This document shows positions 12,301 through 24,864 of a stretch of DNA of 64,000 nt, in pieces. The stretch comes from Ascidiella aspersa (Eukaryota). The stretch is taken from the NCBI GenBank assembly GCA_963924565.1, contig OZ004609.1, positions 26,846,001-26,910,000 of the forward strand. The letters run 5' to 3'. Both the position numbers and the translations under genes were made by a program. The notes under the pieces were generated by a model, which searched no databases, had not been told where the DNA came from, and was given only the letters and a program-made list of their open reading frames with translations. Numbering within the stretch: the stretch's first letter is position 1; every line of letters begins with the position of its first letter.

Positions 12301-15300
12301 CGTTCGCGCCACGCGACCTTTCTCCAATAATAAAATTTTAGAGTACAGTTGGCCAGCGGCAGGCCGTTAAGCAAAAATATGGTATCGGAAATACCTATGT
12401 TAAAATGGAGCATTACGATTGGTAAATGGCGGAATGAACAAAAAATATTTTGTGTTTGGCCATTGCCGCCGCAGAAGAGGTCTACAAACTCTACGTCTAT
12501 ATGCATGACAGAATGCGCGGGAAAAAGTCTCACTCTGAGTCTATATGTTTTCACGCACGCCGTCACGTTTTCCACAAGGGTGACGCAACGCAGCGACGTC
12601 ACGCTCCCTCACCTTTGCCCCAAGCGTCGCGTGACGTGATGAACGGGGACCGGAAAGACTCCAACCGCACCCCGTTTAATTTTACCCCCGAAAGTTTCGG
12701 CGTCTGGCTCGGTCGTCCCGATTTAGGTCGAACCTTTTGCGTAGACGTCGTCAAAAATGCGCCGACGCTAAACTTTCGTCTGTTTGTTTTGACTGCATTC
12801 GACTGACAAAGGCAAATTCTCAGGGAAGGCTAATGCGGCGTCGCTTCGCGTATGTTGTTTAGGCTTTAATTGCTCATGATCCGTCAGCAATGCTTTAGAG
12901 ATTAAGGGCGAATCCGCCGTTGTTTGAAATCCGATTTTTTCTCACTCGTGTGTGGCGCGCTATTGGGCGGCGTCAAAGTCAACACCGTCGCGATTGTTCG
13001 CTGCAAGCCCGAATGAAAATGAAACGTTTATTTACGACACTGAAGATTACACATTTAAACCTGGTATTTTGAATTTCCTGGTATTTGTGGGATGATGAGC
13101 TTGGCAACGGCCTTATCTCCCTGGCTTTGTTTTTTTGCGGAAAAAAGTGGCACTTTAAAACGAATTTTCCGATGTGTTTAGATTTGTTTTAACATTATTA
13201 TCGTATTGTAAACATGTCTTTATACTACCGTTTTAGTTTAAAGTGTTTTACGGTATTTAGCGACGACTATATACTGCATCTACGAAACACCGTCAGACCT
13301 AACGCATTTTCAACACTTGCAAAGCGACAAGACAAAATGACACTCGCAAGTGCGTAGTCGGTGTCGCCTTACCAATAACGCAGTGAAAGATCGCTCAGTT
13401 CCATCGTAAACTAAATTGCCTTTGCCGGTATTTTGGGACTGGTTTTGTTGAGGATTTTCTCCCTTTATAGTTGGCGTTTCTCCTAAATCGTTGACCGCCG
13501 GCTGTATTTTTTCGTACCCTCATCGCTCACAAATTTCCGAGCCGCCTGTTTGCATTATGATCTCACGACGGAGTGTCGATTAAAGTGCCCATGTTTTGTT
13601 GCGTGCATGGGATCTTGCCAGGAATAGGCGTGCACATACGCTGTGGTTGGGCCAAACACGGGCGTCTACGTTTGACGCTAAAATTCGGTGCTTTTTTGGT
13701 CGGCGTCAAGTTTCCGCCAAGGGGCCATGACGAAAATCTCGATGTTCAAGTATCGCGGCAAACCAAAATAGTTCCATAACGAGCTTGTTCTACCCGCCGT
13801 TAATTTTCGCGGTACGGCGTAGCACGCAATCCCTTTTTCCCATTTATCGGTGATGTAAAGCACGAAGGTCCATTTTCGATTACACTTCAAAGCATATACT
13901 CTGCACACACGGAAGTCCATTGGCGCTAGCGCGTCAAATATAGAACAAATTGGGATTTTCGCGTGGCGATTGAAAGCTCACTTTCTCAAAAGCCCGACGC
14001 AATCGCGAAGTCCGCGCCCGGCGCATTTGCTATCGATAAGGCCACTTGACCTGAAAATATAGAATTGCCGAAGTTCAACGTCCCCGTTTATTAGTTCTCA
14101 AGCTGCAAACTGCCAACGAGGGGCATCGTTAGCGAGCGATATTGCGCATTTCTCACTCTGATAAGTGTCTTTGCCGCCATTAAAAATGAATGGTGGTTTT
14201 ATAAATTGCCCCTGGCGAATATCGTCCGTATATTTCTGATCCGTATCGCATCCCTTGCATAGGTGAATATTCGTTGATTTCAGATCTCGTGCAAGCGCTG
14301 TAAAGCTCGTTGGTCAAAGCATTCCAGAAATTCTCGACTTGAATACGGTGACCCATTTCCTTTGTGCAACAACTTGTCTGCACGCACTGCGGTCAACTTG
14401 CACCGTTTCAATTGCAAACGAAGCGCATATTCTACGCCTCGTCAAGCTCGAAGCTTTTGCATATAGATTTTTAAAACTACTACGGGGCCACGTCATGTTT
14501 CGAATGAACGTCGTCGTTTCGGAACACAACTATAGCTGCCGTGTTATACGCGCCAAAGCGCGGTTGCTTTGTAATTTTTATCAAATGTTTTCATCAGAAT
14601 GTTTGCACAGCTCGATATATCAGACGCCATGACCAAATTGGAAGGCACTGGAAAAGGCGCTAACTTCATGTGCTCGGAACGGGTTCAAGTTAAGGCCATA
14701 AAGCCCAATGCGTCATTCTTTACAAACAAAGTCAAGTTACCCCGGGTCGATGTCGTGCCATGTTGCTAGTCGGCCAATCCGCAAGGAGCAAATGTTTTAA
14801 CGGGATTAGGAGCCGCGCGTGGCAAATGGAAACGTAATTCGTCTGACCCCTGCTTGCATTTTTGCATTTTGCTAGATGCACTTTTAGCGCGTGCTGCAAC
14901 CATTACGATGAGATAGTGTTCCCGGTGGCTGCAAGATGACACATTAGGCACATGTAAATGTTAGTTTTTCGTAGTGGGATGATGGGACGAAGAATATAGA
15001 ACCAAACTGGCAGCAATCGGCGTAACTTTGGTAACAGACTTATTTTGCAACATATAGTGCGATTCATATACCGCGCATCACTTTTTCGTCGAATTCCTAT
15101 ACTCGTCCTTCATGACGACGGTGTGACATTACTAATACCGAGTTCAAAGTACTCTGGACCGTCTTTGTTATATAATTAGCATTTTAACAGGTAGCCTGGC
15201 AGTGTCATTTCAGCGAGCCACGTCGGTTTCCCATTCACAGCAGTCATTAACCTCCTTCCTGGATAGAAATTGCCCTTTCTTGGCGTCAAAAACAAGTTTT

Positions 15301-15999
15301 CAGGTTCGGCGACGAAAACAGCGGCCGACATACTCTCGTCCGCACGAATGGACAATCGCCCCAGACCTGCGCATTGTCGCTGGTTAAGCCTCGGAATTCA
15401 GTGTTGAATGCGCGACCATAGTCCGGCGCTTATGTAACGCCCACAGACAGTAAGCGACTGGCAACTTTGGCCGACTGGTAAGGCGGCGTCGTGAATTATT
15501 CATCGCCGGTCAGTTGGCGCAAAAATCGCCGAACGGTCGCGTCACCGCCAGGTTATGACGTCGAACTCGCATTATTATTGTTATTGGCTAAAATAGCGAC
15601 GCGGCGTAATGCGCAAAGCCGGCATAACTCGGCGGCAACACGATCCCCAATTCGATGCTTGTCGTTTTTTTTTTCGCGCGCTAAAGCCCTCGAACCGCTT
15701 TGATCCGTACATCGATATATAGCGGCAAACGTCTGACCTTTTAGCCGCTGTCTACGACCCTTCTTGCGAGCTGCCCTTTCTCCACAGAGCCTCTGAAAGC
15801 CGCCGGACTTGCAGCACTGTTCAATTGCCGTTCCCTCGACGTGATTCACATTTTTTCTCACAGCTTTAGTCCGTACGTCAAGGCACGACGCGATGTCGAT
15901 CGTCCGCATTGGATTACTTCTAAATCCGTTTTTTTTATCCTTGAAAAACTCGTTTTTAAAAAAGATCAAAAAATGCGTCATGGTTACGCCGACCTTTTC

Positions 16000-17010
16000 A
16001 CTAATGACTCGCACAACAGTCGACTCCTGACCCCAGCGTGTGACCTGGGAGTGTTATTGAGATTTATCACTATACAGTCTGCATTCCTCGACGTCGCACG
16101 AGTATTCTTGGAGAAACTTGTGTTTACCGGCCTGGTAACTTAACCACTAGTCAAGAAGTTGGTCGTCTTAACGGTATTCAGTCTACTACTCGACATCAAC
16201 GTGCGGCTTTCCGCTCTCTTCAGGAGTTTACGAGGGAACTAAATAGTTCCGATATTTAGTGAACTTAGGTTTACTGCTTTCTTACAACTAACCAAAACAA
16301 ACTCCTTTGTTTGCATGAGGATTTATTAGCTTCCCAGGGAGTTATTTATTCAAAAAATCAAAACTTTTGAAAAATGTTTCAAGGTACAATTTGACCAATC
16401 TAATGCTGTTGAGTTTCATTTTATGAATGGTTTCCAATCGACTGGTACAAATTTTTTTCGCTTTGTAAAAATGAGTGCATTTTCCATAAATTTATTTCTT
16501 CCCTGAAAAAATAAAACGTATATAGAACCTTTTTGCAGGGCCTTTCGTCCTTGAAACGTTTGTCGTTTATTAACTAATGACTCGCGCAAAACAGTCCACT
16601 CCTGACCCCAGCGTATGGCCTGGGATTGTTATTGAGATTTTTTCACTATACTCAACATGAATTTCTAAGGCGCCGGATGAGTTTAGGTGGCCAAACAATT
16701 TTACAATTTTTAGTGTGTTCTTTCATGAAGAAAAGCGGGCGTGAACTCAGCCGGAAAAAGAGGCTCGAACTTTGCGTTTACAGGCCTGGTGGCTGAACCA
16801 GTTCTTCATCAGTTGTTTTAATTGTCTCGACAATATTTAATCTATTGCTTGCCCAGAAACGTGTGGCTCTTAAAAATTATTTGATGAACTTAGTTTCACC
16901 GGGTTACGGCTTTTCTACTCTAATACTTAACCGAAACAACCTTCTATGGTTGCATGTGGATTTATTTAGCCTTCCTGAGTTATTCAATTGAACATTAGCA
17001 AAATATTAAA
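16000..17010. repeat. Diverged direct duplication, period about 570 bp
   Basis: actaatgactcgc..aacagtc.actcctgaccccagcgt.tg.cctggga.tgttattgagattt occurs at about 16000 and 16573. Similarity continues to ttgcatg.ggatttatt(t)agc at about 16310 and 16950. Confidence 0.8.
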
Positions 17011-19586
17011 AGAATGTTTTAGCGCACAAACTGTACCGACCTATTACTGTTCAGTGACGCCAGGATAATTTAATAATTGTAGGAAAGAAATTTATTTTTT
17101 TATTATAAAAATGTGTCGAATGATACAAAATTTATCGCTTTCAAAAAATGAATGCATTTTGTACAGATGTATCGCCCCTTCATTAAAAACCTGAAAGACG
17201 GAACCTTTTGATATGGCCGCCTGTCCTTTATCCGACCCGAAATAAGTAGAGTTAAGCGTCGATACGATCTTCCCCATGATACTGTCATAACGTGCCATAC
17301 ACTTTCTGTAAACAAGTCGCGTCAACGACGAAAGCAATCGAAATTCGGTAATCGCTTGTCGTACCCGTGCTATTTCGGTTACTTTCCTAAGCGGAAATGC
17401 CTGCCTTCTTTGTAGTGTACGACAACAGGCGCATTGATTATTTCATTTTCGTCCCGACGCATCTAAATCCCTGTTTGTGCCGGATTTTAAGTCCCTGAAT
17501 CCGGCGCAACTTCCCCGAAGCGTTTCAGCTGACGACAGTAACGCGTCGTTTCGGTTATGATTTATTGAAGCTCGCGCGTAAGCGATCGTCGGGTTTAGGA
17601 ATCGAGCGCTATTTAATTACAGCGATTGATGCCGACCATCGACCGGATATTGTCAAAAAAAGCGCGCGAGCGACGCTAATTCGACGATTTGTTTGTTTTT
17701 TTACGCGTGTCGGTAACCTTTACTTCCGCTCGGCTCCTCCGACCCCCATCGCAAACGTCATCTATAGCTACGTTAAAGCGTCTTTTCGCTCTTTGACCAC
17801 GAAAAGCGGTTGTGGTTACAGTCGTGACAATGACCGCAATTTCCGCCTGAAAGCCATAATTTATATATATTTTTTCTTAGTATCGAATTCCTGTAAAAGC
17901 CGCTTTGAATAACATGAGCGATTGAGCGTAAATTGTATTCAATATAGCTTACGTCCGAATTATAGGGCATTTCCAATTAGTTATTTTTTTTTAAATTTAC
18001 AATCGAGAATTAGGCAAAAAAGAGCTGAAAGTCTTTATTCGACTAAAAACGATATCTGTTCTTTTTGCACATATGTCATAACGGTAATAAATATACTAAC
18101 GTAAGTGTGCTTCTTTAAGTGGTAAACCAATGTGTTAAATACGATTTTTTTAATGTGAGATTGCACATCTTTCGCATAGTTGACCCCCTTTGTCACAACT
18201 GCATCAGTGGTTTATCAAGTATTGGGTAAAGAGTGCTTGCCTATTTTTGTGCTTTATTTTCGGCCTGCGAAAGTAACATATGCTTTCAGATATCTATATT
18301 TGGCGTCACTGGTTTTGAGACTATCATCTATATCGCAGGTATTAATAGCTTGTCAAAACATCGACGTCATTCGCGACACGTTTTTCGCGTTGTCACGCTT
18401 GTAACGCAACGTGACGCAATTTATCATTCGCTTTTTCTATGAAATGTGACCGAACGGGATTGTTTATTCTATATTATTTAATATCCTTCCGGCATTATTT
18501 TTATTATTTTGTTCAAGCTGCCTTCAATGACGTCACGCCTCGGATGACATGAATCGTGACGTAAAATGTCTGTGAACTTTGTCCGCTTGATGCCGTGCAA
18601 CATGTCACGTCCGATGGGAACGTTAGCGACAACTATGACACAATTAATTGCTTGAAAAATTGCCCCAGTGTCGTTTCTTGCACCGCAAACCAAGTTGCGT
18701 CAAAGCTGGTGCTTAAGTGTCTTCGTGATAAGATGTTTCTTATACCCATAAGTGTGAACTTCTGAACTCGGTTGCTTTCCTCTAAGTTGGCTTGGCGTTA
18801 TTTATAACCAAGATATCAAATGATACTTAACGTTGTTAACGGACTGTTGCTCGCTCCAGAGGCAGCGCTTTCCTGTAATTTACCGAGCTAAAAATGTTTG
18901 CGTTATTCGATCAAAGTAAAAAAGGTTTAAAAAGGAACCATATCCAAGTATACGTTGATTCAGAACAAAGGGGTCGGCTAAAAGTCTGCGGTCTATTTAT
19001 GTATGTGTATACCCTTTTTTTAGTTTCCTATGGATCGTCCTTTTCTATACCTAATCGCAATTATTAGACCAGCACTTTTACGAAAATTAAACCGAATCTT
19101 TTCGCAACGCGAGCGAATAGATTTTTGCAGCCCTGCACTGGACAAGCAAAGTGAATCAACAAAGCAGCCGAGTGAAATCACGACCTTGCCAGATCAGCAC
19201 GTTTCGGGTTCCTCGCCGCAAGGGAATTTGCGCGCAATTTACCGGCACTTTTGGTCGCGAAATGGCCGTAAATTGCCGGGGCCTGGGTTGAGTCAGCACC
19301 GATGCCCGGTCCACGTTTCCACTTGCGTTCTTTGCGCGTTAACATCGCTTTTCGGAATTCCGGCTTACCGCAAGTGTGCATTTTGGAAATTTAAGTTGAC
19401 GTCAAAATTGTAACGTGACGTTTAAAATTTAACGATGGCGGGCGATTTTGTTATTAAAGTTGACTACCATATGCGTAACAACACCTGTTACGATCTAAGT
19501 CGGATTTGATAATTTTTGTTTTAAAATACTAAAATAGGTTCAACCATTAAATCAAACTTTTTCTTACACCGCCTGCTATAGGTAAT

Positions 19587-19931
19587 AGGTATGTCCGATA
19601 ATATCGGTACACGTTCTATACTACGGTTGTATCGTGGCCGATCCGATACCAAATTAATAAAGGAAATTTCAGCCATTATTTGCCATCAAACTGCTACTTT
19701 GAAAGGTGAACTTATTGAAAAAAGTGCGCTAACATTAAACTTATTAACCCTAAAACAACTTAACTTATCATGAAAACCTGAAACAAATTACTTTTTAATG
19801 TTTGAAATTCACTTATTTGCCTATTTACGTATAGTAATGACGTCATTAGGTATTTGTTCAGATCGCGATATTCTTTGGCCTAAAATATCTGAAAAGGTAT
19901 CGGAATAAAATGTTCAATTTTGGACATCCCC
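19587..19931. mobile_element. MITE of the (T)AGGGATG/CCGATAC family
   Basis: Ends GGTATGTCCGA and TGGACATCCC with subterminal ccgatac/gtatcgg motifs, as in 31702-32048. A related end lies at about 11718. Confidence 0.55.
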
Positions 19932-22109
19932 ATCGCCTACAAATTCTGTGGAAATTTTGACCTATACTAGCTTGGTAAAAATATTGAACGTTCACGGTTT
20001 GGTTCGGCAACCATCGCTAAAACCCACATAGTAATATCACTAATAAAAATGATGTCAAGCGACAGTGAATTACCGAAATACCCATTTCACAACGAAAGGC
20101 TATGGAACAGTTACGACCCTATGAACGACTTCCGCGGAGGAATTGGGTTGTTTTACGGGTGGTGTTGATCTGATCGTCATTTCCCGATCTATTGTTGTTT
20201 CAGGTTCGAAGCAATAAGGATTAGTGGGATTATTTCTGTCTCGGAATGCGAAGGTCGGATGTTTGCCTTCCCTCCCGCTACGACCGTTTACGGGGCGAAC
20301 GTCGTAAATTAGTGCCCCCAGTAATGTCAGCAATAGAAATCGATTCAATGGGGTCAAGAATCCGTTGAGAAAAAGACCGTTTGGTTGCTACCAACTCGCG
20401 CTGTCAACAGTCCGAACGTCGGGTTTCCAGCTGCCAATAAAACTCCGGGTGATTATTGTTGCGTCGTTACGGTGAGCGTTGGCCGAATTTTCGGGACTAT
20501 ATCCGTAGCCAAATTTGGAATTCTATTGGCGAGTTTCGGATTCCGCGACGCGAACGGGTCGCCACTGTTTGACCGGCAGCGCAGCCAGGCACCAGCAGTC
20601 ATATATTCGCTTCGTTTTGCAAGAATGACGCGCCCTTTTGGTGATGAGTATTTGCACTTCTCGCACGACAGGCTGGACAGTATTACACGCGTGATGTCAT
20701 CGTGAATACTATTGTTCGCCACCCAACGCGTTTGCGCAGCCAAGACGCCCTTACTATCGTGTTTTCGAGCAATGTATTGTAACTGTATACCCGCCCCAAA
20801 TACCGTCGGTTGCCTTTCCTTTTACCTTTCCCAAGAGCTACGTAAGCGTCATTTTTACGCGATTGTTTTTCTACGTTGCTTGGGAGAACGTAAAGGCGGC
20901 GCTCCTTTTTTACAATCTAAAATCGCCCTTTAATCGAAATCGGATAGCGTACGTAACCTTACGTAAGTCGTAACGGCGCGGAAAGCACGTCCGGAATTCG
21001 GGAACATGTTGGTTTAAGGTTTCGTCGAACTCAGTGCAAACGATTGTGTCCCTCCAAACACGCTGGCGCGGTCGTTAAGGGATTAGTTTGTCGTTCGTGG
21101 TGACCGCCCCTGTCCTGTTTGTGGCGTCATAAACCGGCAACAATGGCCGCTGATGTAACAGCTCGCTTGCTGAACTCGGCCGCGGTGTGATGGGGGTACG
21201 TGTGTTTTTGCACAAGCCCCCGTAAAACACCTAGACGCGATTCCAGTATAGAGTGCTTGAACTTTGACGCGTAATGGCTGTTGGGAATTAGGATTCGCTA
21301 AAAGGATTGTTCCAACGTTAAACATAGCTTGTTTTGGGGACCATACAACATATTTTTTTTTTTTTCGGTGGCCAAAACAACATTTCAACATACAATGACG
21401 AAATTCCGCCAGTTTCTGTATCTTAGTACATTTGTCAGATGAACGTTAAAAATTAATGGTTTAACAGTTTTCACTGATCGAGGTGCAAAATTGAACATTT
21501 GCAACGCTAAATGGACAATATAAAATAATAGACTCATAGGTTTATAATTTGTGCAAATTCATGTACTGGTCGTACCCTGTTGTTTTTAATAACCCTGGTT
21601 TGCAGAAACTTTAGAATTTAATAACTAATTTTCCATCAAAAGAAAAACATATACCCGCTGCTTTTGTAGCTCGATTTAGTTTAATTTAAATATTTGCTTC
21701 GACAGTTCGCCCGAGTCCTTCATGTTACATTCCTGGCTAAAAGTAAACAAGCGCCGGACAGAAGTAAATAACGTGCACTTGTCGCGTTCGATTTCTATTC
21801 CGTTGAACCCGCTTGATCTAGCCCACAAACACACATCACTTCCGCAATCCCGCTTTGTTGGGCCACGTTCCACACAAGGGATCAAAATTTCTAAGGGTTG
21901 TCGATTAAAAAAACGGCTGCACGTACAGCCATTCACCTGTAGAGCAAGAGCTGCGTTTGACCGTTAAATGTCGCTTAAATTTGCCACTATATCGCAGCAA
22001 TACTACCACATATCCTTGCCAAAGTAACGTGGCCGCAAACGCTTTCGTCGGACAATAAGTCGTAACTAAAAAACTTTCAACTATTGTGAAAGTTTCATTA
22101 TCTGCAAGT

Positions 22110-22137
22110 GTTTTTTTTTTTTTTTTTTTTTTTTTTT
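22110..22137. repeat. Poly(T) tract
   Basis: About 28 consecutive T. Confidence 0.95.
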
Positions 22138-24864
22138 GTAAACAACTATTTTAAGCTTGCACAAAAACTAAGTAGAAATGTTCTCAGCATCACCCGATGT
22201 TTTTAATTTTTTAACAAAATATTATAGTTGAGCTGCTTATGTGCCTTTGTGTCAAATTGTTGCTTGACAATTTCACCTGCCATAAAAAGAAAGGCAAAAG
22301 AATGGCGATGTCAGTTTCCGTTTGCAAAGTTCTGCGGGCAACTTCAAGCTTGGCAGTTTTGTTGACTTATCATTTTCGTATTTGCGGCAGTGGTTCGCGC
22401 AATTACTTGTTTTGCGGTTTAATTTCCATCCTCAGGTTCATTGACGCAAAAGTCAACAAGGCTCTAATAAGGTTGACAAGATCTGCGGCTGTGCGCGCTC
22501 AGCACAGCACGTACAAATTCACCAGCTTTTCAACTGATTTGCGGTTGGCTGAGAGATTAATCTTTGTGCATTTCTTCATTCTTGCCTTTCTGATTTTTTT
22601 TACCACGCTCCAAACACGTGTAATGATACAAAGGGTAGCACGGTAATTTCGTTCATTTTGAACGATAAGGATCTTACCACCGATTTCGTCATCCATTGAA
22701 GCCCGGCCTCAGTCAAATAATGACTAGAGAAAACTGTCACATGACTGTTTATATAGAGCGTACGTTTTGTCCGGTCGTCGCCGTTTTGTTTGTTTTAACC
22801 GAATATAGCTTCGTTTTTGTCCAAAGTTCATATGTTTTTTTCAATATTTTTTAATTCAATTACCCTACATAAGTACAACCCACGTCACTGTGGTTACTTC
22901 GAAGAAGGTCCTCGTTTTTGGTGGAAATTGCTGGGTAGGGGTTAAACTTCCTGTTATCAACTTGCTTTGCAGTTTTCTCAAAACTGTAATGAAGCACGAC
23001 TGACCAAAATCGTTTTCCCCGGTTGTAGACGCCAACATTGAACATTGTTGTGTAAAACAACGCACCCTTTAAACTCGTCTTTTTCGTGTTTTTCCCATTC
23101 ACTGCGCCGCAAACAACGCAGTCCGCAGTCTAAAACAACCAATGCTGTCATCGAGTGCTCTTTTGCCAAGTTAACGAGTGTCGATAGGAATAGGAATGTT
23201 TTCTTAGATTTAAAAAATGTACTTGGACTGGTTTGCGTGCGATTTATTTGCGATAGCCGCATTTTTTCTTTACCTTGTTTCATAGTACTTATTGCGGAAT
23301 TCACCATCACACTTTGTAATTTTATCATCCCAAAAATTAGTCGGAAATTTTGGTTGTAATTTTTGTCTTTAGCTTTCGCTGCTTATTTACACCTAAAATA
23401 ATTATTGAGGGGCTTTAAGAAGCTTTAAAAATTTGAATCTTTTTGAGTGGTCTGATCTGCTTCCTACGTAAAAAAGTGATGCGACTTTCTTTCTCTACTA
23501 TGTTTCTTAGGTTAGTTGTCAATGATACCTGGTGCACTGGAGATAAAGTTTATTAAACATAAAATCATGTTTAATGTTAGCGTTTCGTCTTTTCTGACAA
23601 CCAATGCCTTTATTTGCTTACATGGCCATTATTTTTCGGTTCATGTTTCGCGAGGCCATGAAAGTGGCCAAACTACTTCCGAAAAGCGACCTTTGGACCC
23701 TACAGACTTGCCTCTTTTCAGTTTCGACGATCACGCCTAAAAACATTCCCCAAACTCTACAGGCTGGCGTGCGAATGGTCGTTTCACATGTTCCAGTCAT
23801 TGTCACCCCTTAACCGCCAACAGGGATCCACGTCACAGGTGAAGGTCGCGACCTCCTGCCATAAAAAAACACCCCGATTCGCTCCGAGGTCTTTTTCTCC
23901 CAAGGCGCCTGACGCCCGTTGCCTAATCTCGGGAAAGCGCATGCAGGCCGCCGACTGTTTAAATATGTATCCCGTCCATTTGCGGTCGTGTCGGGTGACG
24001 GCTGTGTCTTATCTTAATACAGGCCGGAGAAAGTTTGCCCAGTCACAGGTTTCTCCGCGCCTCATTTCGACTGGCTTTTCTGTGTAAGGTGACGGGCGCA
24101 TAACTTCGACCGTAGACGAACGTCACGTGTAGAAGCTCGCGTGTGCAAACGATCCAAATGTCCTGGCGTTTCCGTCGAACTTGTTCTGTCGCGAATTTGG
24201 TCAAAACCGTGAAGTTTTACGGCCAACCTTTGACGTCGTTTACCCAGCAATGTCTCGCTGTGTATTTTTGTGTAATTACCTGGCCGCACAATTTATTGCC
24301 GTGATATCAGTTTACAAGCTTTTCCAAGTGACGTTCTTTATGACAGTCTTTAAGAAAAAGACGTATAGGAGGAATATCAAAGCCCATATAGAAGTGGATA
24401 ACATTTTGAACGTTTCGAAAATATCTTTATTTATTTTTAACATGGGAGTGGGGGAACGGGTTGATATTCCTACTACGTCCAACTCAAATCGCAAACAATT
24501 ATGCTCCAAAAAAATTCAAGAAATGTTGGCTAACGGTTTCCCTCTGTTGTGTACAACTCCTTGTCTTGGTAATTTGGTGTGTAATTCCTAGTTTAGAGTG
24601 AAAACCAATTATATTGTATGTTCAGCAATACATAGCACACTACAAAACTATCCTGTTTCTGGTTGTTTGTGTTTGTCTGGTAAAATGTATTAAACAGATT
24701 TCTTTCAATAGGACATTCCATTTTAAGTTTTTGTGGGACATGTTGCCGATAAAAGTAGCCAGGAAGGGCATTTATATCCTTTCCATTCGTATTAAACGTG
24801 TACAACGTAATATCAACGTTTACGCCAGCCACTGTTCGCTAACCACCGACTTTTTGATTGACAG

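Noticed and set aside
9400-24800. Dozens of 60-160 aa ORFs
   Set aside because: Mostly non-ATG starts with random composition and no consistent splice or phase structure. They are better explained as GC-rich non-coding DNA.
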